A stretch of 20,000 nucleotides of DNA from an uncultured virus (IMG/VR IMGVR_UViG_3300035670_008414). Taxonomy: Duplodnaviria; Heunggongvirae; Uroviricota; Caudoviricetes. The notes beneath the pieces were generated by a model. It worked only from the letters and a program-made list of their open reading frames with translations, made no database searches and was not told the DNA's origin. The position numbers and the translations under genes were made by a program. The stretch lies in IMG/VR virus record IMGVR_UViG_3300035670_008414; one strand, written 5' to 3'. Each line of letters opens with the position of its first letter. The stretch's first letter is position 1. Shown in pieces: positions 1-7,218 of the stretch.

Positions 1-204
1 ATTTGTGATGAGTATGCTTCATGCCCTAATAAATTAAGAAAATGGAGTGAAAGAGATTTGTATTTGAATGATTATAGTGTGGTTACTCCTTTCAAGCAAA
101 ATATGTTCTTAGGATTAAAAGAAGATGCTGTAAAGCCTTTCGATTTTTCAATGCTTAAAACTTATGAAATAGAGGAAGGTTGTAAGGGCAAGTGCGATAT
201 TTAA
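1..204 (+). CDS. 3' end of a hypothetical protein (5'-truncated) with a Cys-containing C-terminus
   Basis: Frame 1 is open from base 1 to TAA at 202-204: ICDEYASCPNKLRKW...EIEEGCKGKCDI*. Not in the ORF track; translated by hand. Confidence 0.7.
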   Translation: MCDEYASCPNKLRKWSERDLYLNDYSVVTPFKQNMFLGLKEDAVKPFDFSMLKTYEIEEGCKGKCDI

Positions 205-311
205 GTTTTACAAATTACTTGTATAATATAAATGTCGATATGTATGTTAAAAAACTGATTTGAATTGAGTTATATATAGGATATTATAAATTAAATTTAC
301 AAAAAAAAATC

Positions 312-452
312 ATGGCAAAGAAAGACAACACTAATCGGATGAAAATGATTTCATCTTTAGCAAAAAAAATGTATCAAGAAGGTAAAGCTAAAAAATGGAC
401 TGATGCTATTAAAAAAGCTAGTGCAGAATTAAAAAAGCAGGGTAAAATCTAA
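312..452 (+). CDS. Small Lys-rich basic protein (46 aa), putative DNA-binding/condensing protein
   Basis: Hand translation: MAKKDNTNRMKMISSLAKKMYQEGKAKKWTDAIKKASAELKKQGKI*. It has an A-rich leader (aaaaaaaaatcATG), and its TAA overlaps the next ATG (TAATG, 450-454). The function is inferred from composition. Confidence 0.75.
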   Translation: MAKKDNTNRMKMISSLAKKMYQEGKAKKWTDAIKKASAELKKQGKI

Positions 453-688
453 TGATAGATGAAAATGAAATAGTTGAAACTAATGTAAAGGAGTTGCAAA
501 AAAGTCAAACAGTTAGACTGATTGATGTATTTGTAATTGCTCCTATTTGTGTTTATGCTGGTTTCAAATATTCAAAGACTATGCCTTATTGGTTAAGTTT
601 GAGCCTGATTGGTATAGGACTTGCGACTTTTGTTTATAATGGAAAAAATTATTTAGAGAATAAAAATAATTTAAAATTAGTTGAGTAA
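452..688 (+). CDS. Small membrane protein with two predicted TM helices
   Basis: Hydrophobic segments LIDVFVIAPICVYAGF and WLSLSLIGIGLATFVY; coupled by TAATG at both ends. Confidence 0.8.
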   Translation: MIDENEIVETNVKELQKSQTVRLIDVFVIAPICVYAGFKYSKTMPYWLSLSLIGIGLATFVYNGKNYLENKNNLKLVE

Positions 689-2466
689 TGGGATTAATTG
701 ATTGGTTTGATTTTGATAAAAAAATGGCTTTGATTAATCTCGGTCAAATTGAAGAATATGCTATAAAGTTAGATAAGATAGTTTCAGATGAATCTGAATT
801 AGAAGATTGGGTTAAAATGAAACTAACTAAGGTTGAGCAAAATATAGCAGATGTAAAAAAATCTCTTAAAGGTTGGGAAAAATTCGAGGGATATGAAGAA
901 GGAGGTAGAATATTCAAAAAACAATTACTTCATATTGGTAGCTATGCAAAAGATTTAATTGAAATGATTAAGTCAGGCTCTAAGCTAATGTCATGGCAAG
1001 AAAATAAACTTGCTGTAAGTGCAGAATATATTGATGGTATATATCATCATTTAGAATATGAAATGGGTAAAAGAGCAAGTGATATTAAAGAATATGCTAA
1101 TGGTGGCATGGTTAATTATTACGACAAAGATGCAGAGTATAAGATAGGCAGACCTTCGGGAAGTATTGAAAAAGACATACTTAGTAAAGTCGATTATGAA
1201 TATTTAAAGCCTTATTTTATTGGAAATTTTGGTTGGAAAACTCCAAATGGAAAATTAGCAGATGGGTATTTATTCAGTTTAGATAATTTTGACCAAGATT
1301 TAGTAAGAAAAATAAATTTAAAAGAAGGAGAAAAAATTTATAGATACTTTAATAGCACTACTGCAATAGGTGGCTCTACTCCATTTATAAAAATAAATTT
1401 GTTAAAAGGACTTCTATATTTTTCTATACCAAATGAAAATGATGATATTATCTTTGAAACAAAGGGTATTAAATCAGAATGGATAAATTTAATTTCGGAT
1501 AAATATGCTAATGGAGGTGCTATTGATACTTTTCCAAAATCAATAAAAGATAAAATTGATGAAATAAATTCACTTATTGAATGGTCAAAAGATAAGGAAA
1601 ATTTAGTAGGAGGTTATTTTGGAGGTACTTACTATGAGTATTTAGATTTTGAAAAACCGATTACAATTAAAAATAATTTTGTTTATATAGAATACAATCA
1701 AGGTGGTGGAAAGGAATCAAAAGAAAGATACAATGTAAACAAAAAAAGTCAATTTGATAGTTATGGTTTATATGAGCTAAAAAAAGAACTTATGAGAATA
1801 CATGGTGCTTTCAAAAGAGCAAAGAAAAAATATGATGAAAAAGGCTATTTTGATAATGGAGGTAATATTCAAGAAGATTTTGATTGGAATAAACTTTTTG
1901 AACCTCTATCTGAAATGGAACAAAATATTCTAAATGAAAGAATAAGAAAAGAAGAATCAGAACTTACTACAAAGGAGAAAGATAGTTGGGCGAAACAAAT
2001 AAGAGCTAGTGGCAATAATTGGAATGAAGCCTTTATTCGTAGAGTAAATTCAGCAAAACATAACATTGATAAATTTATTGAGTGGTCAAATAAAAAATAT
2101 GGAGAAGAAAAAGCTCAATCTTATTTTTCTTATGCTTTAGAAGATATTGATAGCATTAGAGAATTAAGATATGGTGCTTTAAGATATGCAAATAATTTAG
2201 AAAAAAGGCTTCGTGAAGCATACGACCAATACTTTGTAAAAGGAGTAAAGAAATTCGATATTGGAGGAGACATAGAGGATTTATCAATAGCTTCTAAAAC
2301 ATTCTCTAAAACTTCCGAAATGTTAGTTAGGGAAAATTTAAAAGATGGAGAAATTTGTGTTTGTAAATTAAAAAAGATTCTAGGTCATGAACCTGAATAT
2401 CCATTTCAAATTGTAGGAAGTTTGAAATTAGAAAAAGTATTTTTAAAACCTTATTATAAAATTTAA
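688..2466 (+). CDS. Modular hypothetical protein (592 aa) with repeated [YF]xxGG junction motifs; possible virion core polyprotein
   Basis: Long ORF with two N-terminal helical repeats, motifs YEEGG, YANGG (x2), FDNGG and FDIGG, and a C-terminal segment homologous to that of ORF 2481..2894. Confidence 0.8.
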   Translation: MGLIDWFDFDKKMALINLGQIEEYAIKLDKIVSDESELEDWVKMKLTKVEQNIADVKKSLKGWEKFEGYEEGGRIFKKQLLHIGSYAKDLIEMIKSGSKLMSWQENKLAVSAEYIDGIYHHLEYEMGKRASDIKEYANGGMVNYYDKDAEYKIGRPSGSIEKDILSKVDYEYLKPYFIGNFGWKTPNGKLADGYLFSLDNFDQDLVRKINLKEGEKIYRYFNSTTAIGGSTPFIKINLLKGLLYFSIPNENDDIIFETKGIKSEWINLISDKYANGGAIDTFPKSIKDKIDEINSLIEWSKDKENLVGGYFGGTYYEYLDFEKPITIKNNFVYIEYNQGGGKESKERYNVNKKSQFDSYGLYELKKELMRIHGAFKRAKKKYDEKGYFDNGGNIQEDFDWNKLFEPLSEMEQNILNERIRKEESELTTKEKDSWAKQIRASGNNWNEAFIRRVNSAKHNIDKFIEWSNKKYGEEKAQSYFSYALEDIDSIRELRYGALRYANNLEKRLREAYDQYFVKGVKKFDIGGDIEDLSIASKTFSKTSEMLVRENLKDGEICVCKLKKILGHEPEYPFQIVGSLKLEKVFLKPYYKI

Positions 2467-2480
2467 CTCAAAAAACAATC

Positions 2481-2894
2481 ATGGCAAAAAAATCAAAAAC
2501 TCCTAGTAGAGATAAAAAAGTTAAGGCAAAGCCTTCTGGTTATCGTTTTAAAACTAAGGACATCGAGGGATTAACTAAAAAAGATGGTACTCTAAACAAA
2601 AAGGGTAAAAAATTATATTTTAAAAGACCTACAAAAGCAGAGGTAGAAAAATATAAGAAGCAAGATGGGGAATACCCTAGTGAAACAAAACAAGTTTACA
2701 AAGAAGTAAGAGAGGAAAGAGGGGATGCTAACTTGAAAAAAAAGTTTAACGAAGGAGGTAATGTAGTAGTTGAAATGAGCATAGAAGAAATGAGAAATGC
2801 TTTAGGTAGAGAGCCTAAATATCCTTATGATTTTATTGCAGGTAAAAAATACACAAAGTGTTTTTTAAGACCATACTATAAAACCGAAGAATAA
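2481..2894 (+). CDS. Basic Lys/Arg-rich protein with an FNEGG motif and a shared C-terminal domain; putative nucleic-acid-binding core protein
   Basis: The N-terminus MAKKSKTPSRDKKVKAKPSGYRFK is very basic. The C-terminus LGREPKYPY...FLRPYYK matches the end of ORF 688..2466. Confidence 0.75.
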   Translation: MAKKSKTPSRDKKVKAKPSGYRFKTKDIEGLTKKDGTLNKKGKKLYFKRPTKAEVEKYKKQDGEYPSETKQVYKEVREERGDANLKKKFNEGGNVVVEMSIEEMRNALGREPKYPYDFIAGKKYTKCFLRPYYKTEE

Positions 2895-2900
2895 AAAATT

Positions 2901-3203
2901 ATGAGTAAGGAATTAAAAATAATTTTAGCAACAATAGGAGTAACTGCTGGTGCTTATTTTTTATATGATTTTTATAAAAGATATAGACTTGAAAAAGCTT
3001 TAGGTAATTGTGCTGATTTTATAAAGGATGGATTTGTTTACGATACTAACTACCAACAAAGTTATTCAAAGAAAGCTGGAGATTGGGCAGGTTGTAATGT
3101 CGTAAATGATGAAAGCAATCCAGCTTATTATAAAGCAATAAATACTAAAAGTCAATCTATTAGGCTTTTAAAGAGTGATGTATTACTTAGAAATCCATTA
3201 TAA
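2901..3203 (+). CDS. Membrane-anchored hypothetical protein (N-terminal TM)
   Basis: IILATIGVTAGAYFLY followed by basic KRYR. Confidence 0.75.
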   Translation: MSKELKIILATIGVTAGAYFLYDFYKRYRLEKALGNCADFIKDGFVYDTNYQQSYSKKAGDWAGCNVVNDESNPAYYKAINTKSQSIRLLKSDVLLRNPL

Positions 3204-3214
3204 AAATATTCAAT

Positions 3215-3775
3215 ATGAATAGAGAATTATTGATGAAAAGAGATGAGCTACTACAAAATGAGCTAATGAAAAAAGAAGAATCTGAAAATAAATTAGATTC
3301 TATTTTAGCTTCTGGCAGGTGGATAGCTTCGACAGGAGAAGAAATTACTGAAAATTCAACTCCAGATATGGATGATTGGGGATGGGATGATTACTGGTCT
3401 TGCGAAGATTGGATGGCATGGCATAAAATAATGAAAGAAAAAAAGGGTAAGCAATTTGCCGATTCTACTTTTTTAAGTTGGTGGAACAAATTAGGTAGCT
3501 TTGCAGCAACTTATAATTGTCGTTCTTTTAATACAGCTTTTAGAGATTACTTTAGAAAAGAAAATTTATTATCTGCTTTATATTCTGGTATTGGAATAAT
3601 TGCTGCTCCTATTGGAGTAGGTACTGATGTAGCTGGTGCTGCTTCTGATGTAATAGTTGGAACAGCACAAGGAGTAGGTTCGGTTGCTAAGACATTAAAA
3701 TATTTAGTTCCTATATTAGTTTTAGGAGGAGTAATTTATGGAGGATTTTATATTTATAAACAATTAAAAAAATAA
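3215..3775 (+). CDS. Trp-rich hypothetical membrane protein with a C-terminal TM anchor
   Basis: DDWGWDDYWSCEDWMAW...SWWNK core, a Gly/Ala/Val-rich hydrophobic stretch, and terminal YLVPILVLGGVIYGGFYIYKQLKK. Confidence 0.75.
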   Translation: MNRELLMKRDELLQNELMKKEESENKLDSILASGRWIASTGEEITENSTPDMDDWGWDDYWSCEDWMAWHKIMKEKKGKQFADSTFLSWWNKLGSFAATYNCRSFNTAFRDYFRKENLLSALYSGIGIIAAPIGVGTDVAGAASDVIVGTAQGVGSVAKTLKYLVPILVLGGVIYGGFYIYKQLKK

Positions 3776-3779
3776 AAAA

Positions 3780-3971
3780 ATGAATACACTAGGAAAAGTA
3801 GTTGATGCAACAGTATTAGTAGGCTCAACAATCGTTGGTTATCAAGCAATTAAAACAATTTCTGCTGGTATTAAAAGCAAAAGTACAACAGTAACAGTTT
3901 TAGGCTCTATTACTTTATTGATTGGTATTTATGCTTTTAAAGAAGCTATGAGAAAGATAAACGAGGAATAA
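3780..3971 (+). CDS. Small membrane protein (two hydrophobic segments)
   Basis: VVDATVLVGSTIVGY and VTVLGSITLLIGIYAF; tightly packed between its neighbours. Confidence 0.7.
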   Translation: MNTLGKVVDATVLVGSTIVGYQAIKTISAGIKSKSTTVTVLGSITLLIGIYAFKEAMRKINEE

Positions 3972-3982
3972 TATTTTTAAAA

Positions 3983-4681
3983 ATGAAAAAAAATAAAACT
4001 TTACTTTGGGTAGGTATAGCTTCTGCATTATTAATTGGTGGAGGGTTGTTTTGGCTTTTTAAAACTAAAAAAGAAGCCGAAGAATTAGAAAAAAAGAAAA
4101 AAGAAGAAGAAGAAAAATTAAAGGAACAAGAGCAACCTGTTTCTATACCTCAAAGCACTTCAATAGTATCAGAAAGTCCATTTAAAAATAAAATTGAAGG
4201 AGATAAATTTAGAAAGTGGATGCAATCATTTGCACCTAGCTTTAGGGATTCTCAGGGAGAAAAATTAGACCCTTCTGGAAGTTTTAATAATAGAACTATT
4301 ATTGAAGCTTATGAAATGTATAAAAACGAATATGCTTCATTTTTATCTGGAAAACCAGCAAATCAAAATAATGCTTCTACCACTTCCTCTACTAGTTCAT
4401 TGAAAAGTGGAGATACTATTTATAGTAAAAAAGTTGGTAATTTAGGGATTTATAATATTCCATCGACAAGAGCTTATGTAGGTAATACTATAATAAGAGA
4501 AAAAGAAAAATCTAATCCAATAGGAACATTTATTTCTGATTCAACAGAAGGTTTCGCAAAAGTTAAGATAAATATTCCATACTATATTGATTTTACAAGT
4601 CCTACTAAAGCTTTTGGTTGGAATGAAACTCCTAAAGAGTTTTATGTTTTCAAGAGTTTTATAACAAATAAGAAACCATAA
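3983..4681 (+). CDS. Membrane-anchored protein: N-terminal TM, charged coiled coil and two small domains separated by Ser/Thr/Pro linkers
   Basis: LLWVGIASALLIGGGLFWLF; KKEAEELEKKKKEEEEKLKE; linker ASTTSSTSS before a beta-rich C-terminal part. Confidence 0.75.
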   Translation: MKKNKTLLWVGIASALLIGGGLFWLFKTKKEAEELEKKKKEEEEKLKEQEQPVSIPQSTSIVSESPFKNKIEGDKFRKWMQSFAPSFRDSQGEKLDPSGSFNNRTIIEAYEMYKNEYASFLSGKPANQNNASTTSSTSSLKSGDTIYSKKVGNLGIYNIPSTRAYVGNTIIREKEKSNPIGTFISDSTEGFAKVKINIPYYIDFTSPTKAFGWNETPKEFYVFKSFITNKKP

Positions 4682-4700
4682 AAATTATATTTACCTCTAA

Positions 4701-5141
4701 ATGAAAGAAGGAAGAAATAGAGTATATGTAGCAAAAGAAAAACTTGAACTATTAAGACCTAATAGTAAGAGTGATGGATTTTTGGAAAAAGATGATGCTA
4801 TTTATGTTATTAAAAGATTTAAGATTGATGATAAGAGTTATTTTCAATTTAGAGTAATTAAATTTTTTGAAACTAAAAATGAAACAAATACTTATACTTC
4901 CGAAATAAAATATTTTAAAAAGATGTTTCCAAAGATTGAAAAATCTTCAATAACAGGAGAAACTGAAAATAGTAACAAAAAAAATTATAAAGTTCCTATA
5001 CTAACTACATTAGGAGGAGGAGCTTTAGGTTATCTTTTTGGAAATAAGTTCGGAGGTACTATTAAATGGATTATAGGAGGGATGATTATAGGCGGTGCAG
5101 TTGGGATATATTTAATTAAAAATAAAGATGAAAAAAAATAA
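4701..5141 (+). CDS. Membrane protein with a C-terminal glycine-zipper hairpin
   Basis: TLGGGALGYLFG and WIIGGMIIGGAVGIYLI (GxxxG repeats). Confidence 0.75.
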   Translation: MKEGRNRVYVAKEKLELLRPNSKSDGFLEKDDAIYVIKRFKIDDKSYFQFRVIKFFETKNETNTYTSEIKYFKKMFPKIEKSSITGETENSNKKNYKVPILTTLGGGALGYLFGNKFGGTIKWIIGGMIIGGAVGIYLIKNKDEKK

Positions 5142-5613
5142 AGGAATTGTAATTATCGGTGGCTTATTACTTTTAGGAGTTGGATTATATTTTATTTTTA
5201 GAAAGCCTAAGAAAAAAATAGAAGATAAAAAAATAGGAGAATCTAAGATTTTAAAAGATGCTTATGATAATCTTGTATTTGAAACAAATAAAGATGTTAT
5301 AAAGCCAGTTTCATTTCCTTTTTTAGATGAAGTTGCTAATGTATTAAGGGAAGCTCCTACTTGGACACTAAACCTAGAAGGACATACCGATAATGTAGGT
5401 TCTGATTCATACAACTTAGATTTATCTCAAAAAAGAGCCGATGCAGTAAAGAAATATTTGGTTGAACAAGGAATATCAGAAAATAGGATAACTGCTAAAG
5501 GATTTGGAGAAAGTAAGCCGATAGCTGATAATTCTACTCCAGAGGGTAGAGAAAAAAATAGGAGAGTAGAATTTAAGATTGTAAAAACAAATATTCAAAG
5601 TATTTTAGTGTAA
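5128..5613 (+). CDS. OmpA-C/MotB/Pal-like peptidoglycan-binding domain protein with an N-terminal TM anchor (no beta-barrel)
   Basis: Canonical OmpA_C motifs: FETNKDVIK, EGHTDNVGSDSYNLDLSQKRADAVKKYL, GFGESKPIADN..EGREKNRRVEF. N-terminal TM is IVIIGGLLLLGVGLYFIF. Confidence 0.95.
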   Translation: MKKNKGIVIIGGLLLLGVGLYFIFRKPKKKIEDKKIGESKILKDAYDNLVFETNKDVIKPVSFPFLDEVANVLREAPTWTLNLEGHTDNVGSDSYNLDLSQKRADAVKKYLVEQGISENRITAKGFGESKPIADNSTPEGREKNRRVEFKIVKTNIQSILV

Positions 5614-6002
5614 TGGATTTTAGCAAGATTAAGAATAATAAAGCTATACAAATAGGTCTTATAATAATAGTTCCAACTGTTATTGTAGCAGGATATTTTG
5701 GATATAAATTTGTCAAAAGAAAAATTGATGAAAGAAAAGAAAGTCAATTTGTATTAGACATGAGGGAAAAATATAAAAACATAAACAATGTTGATGATTT
5801 TATAGAAGGGATTAAGTATGTTAAGCAACCTATTCAATACGGATATGACTTGAAATTATTTCAAAATTTGAAAGAAAAATTGAATGATTTCGATTTTGAA
5901 GAAATTAAAGACATATATGAGCTAATTAAAAAGCCTTTGAATGAAAGAAATGAAGAAGAAAATCAAAAAGTATTGATTTTTTTAAGTAATATAACTGAAT
6001 AA
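5613..6002 (+). CDS. Membrane-anchored hypothetical protein (N-terminal TM plus a helical domain)
   Basis: IGLIIIVPTVIVAGYFGY then KFVKRK; TAATG coupling with the OmpA-C gene. Confidence 0.75.
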   Translation: MDFSKIKNNKAIQIGLIIIVPTVIVAGYFGYKFVKRKIDERKESQFVLDMREKYKNINNVDDFIEGIKYVKQPIQYGYDLKLFQNLKEKLNDFDFEEIKDIYELIKKPLNERNEEENQKVLIFLSNITE

Positions 6003-6004
6003 TC

Positions 6005-6532
6005 ATGGAATTTACACCGAAACTTAGAAATAGATTAATTATTGGAGGTTTAGCTGTTGCTGGTATTACATTGTTACTTTATTTAAGGAGACAATATAAC
6101 TTGTTATATAATGCTGTTTACACAATATCTGGGGGTATAATTCATAATTTGGGATTAGATAAGGTAAAAATGACCTTGTTCCTTAAAATAGCTAATGAAA
6201 GCGATTTAATGATTGAAATTTCAAATTTAGATTTGAGTATTTATGTAAATAAAATGTTTATTACAAGGATTAAAAGACCTGAAAAACAAGTTATTCAAGC
6301 AAAATCCGATGCTATTATAAAATTAGATGTTGAATTTAATCCTAAAGACTTATTGAAAGCAGGATTAACAAACATAGAGCCAATACTTTATGATAATGAA
6401 AAGCTTGTTATTACTACTAAGGGAACTCTATCAGCTAAAACTGGAATTGTTACCTTAACTAAATTTCCTTTTTCTGTTGATATTACTCTAAAAGAATTGT
6501 TAGAGCCATCTCCAGAAAAGAAAAAAAAGTAA
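6005..6532 (+). CDS. LEA_2/WHy-like beta-sandwich protein with an N-terminal TM anchor
   Basis: TM LIIGGLAVAGITLLLYL, followed by the pattern LFLKIANESDLMIEISNLDLSIYVNKMFI...IQAKSDAIIKLDVEF. This resembles the LEA_2 'LxIxNPxxxxIxIxxxxxxIyvNg' pattern, although the NP proline is absent. Confidence 0.65.
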   Translation: MEFTPKLRNRLIIGGLAVAGITLLLYLRRQYNLLYNAVYTISGGIIHNLGLDKVKMTLFLKIANESDLMIEISNLDLSIYVNKMFITRIKRPEKQVIQAKSDAIIKLDVEFNPKDLLKAGLTNIEPILYDNEKLVITTKGTLSAKTGIVTLTKFPFSVDITLKELLEPSPEKKKK

Positions 6533-6562
6533 TACATTTGTATTTAAACCAAAGAAATCAAA

Positions 6563-6925
6563 ATGATAAGAGAAACATTGCAAAATGCTATTCGTTCTTT
6601 AAGTAATAAACATGGTATTAGCGAAAAAGATTTAAGAATTGCTATTTCGAGACCTAATAAAAATCTCCGATATGAAATAATGAAAAATGGAGATGTTTTA
6701 GAGGAAACAAATATTGCAACTGCCTTAAATCTAAATTCTATTGTTGCATTTATGGTTGGTAATAGAATCAATGCTATTGTTGATAGTATAGCAAAAGATT
6801 ATAAAATAGACCAATCAAAATTGAATGTAAGAATTTACACTAAGACTGAGGATTGTGAACCATTACTTTACTTATTTGAAGGGAAAACACCTGTTACAGC
6901 ATTGGATTTGAATAAATTTATTTAA
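6563..6925 (+). CDS. Hypothetical protein
   Basis: 120-aa ORF in operon context with an A-rich leader; no recognised motif. Confidence 0.7.
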   Translation: MIRETLQNAIRSLSNKHGISEKDLRIAISRPNKNLRYEIMKNGDVLEETNIATALNLNSIVAFMVGNRINAIVDSIAKDYKIDQSKLNVRIYTKTEDCEPLLYLFEGKTPVTALDLNKFI

Positions 6926-6935
6926 TTTCAATATA

Positions 6936-7208
6936 ATGGGTTTTGAAAAAAAACAAAAATTGTTCACTTATGTATTAAGTGGTACGACATTAACAATTAC
7001 AGAAGATGATGGTATTACTGCCATTGCTCTTAAACTAACTGCTGGTGCAGGAACTTATCAGGGAACTAAAGCCTTGAAAACAGTTACTTCGACAACTATT
7101 CCTTTGGTAGTTGGAGAGCCAGTAACAATTAGTTCAGAACAAACTAAGTATATTGATGAATTAATCATTGATGGTTCTGCTGGTACTATTGAAATTATTG
7201 CTCGTTAA
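6936..7208 (+). CDS. Small beta-rich protein, possible minor structural protein
   Basis: Thr/Gly/Ile-rich 90-aa ORF with alternating hydrophobic residues, directly before the fibre-like genes. Confidence 0.65.
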   Translation: MGFEKKQKLFTYVLSGTTLTITEDDGITAIALKLTAGAGTYQGTKALKTVTSTTIPLVVGEPVTISSEQTKYIDELIIDGSAGTIEIIAR

Positions 7209-7218
7209 AACTTAATAT

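Noticed and set aside
1869..2066. Minus-strand 65-aa ORF
   Set aside because: Antisense shadow entirely inside a long + strand gene; no motifs.
5128..5613. Gene symbol ompA, motB or pal
   Set aside because: It has no beta-barrel, lipobox or motA partner; only the OmpA_C domain is supported.
6544..6771. Minus-strand 75-aa ORF
   Set aside because: Overlaps + strand ORF 6563..6925 in a uniformly + strand operon.
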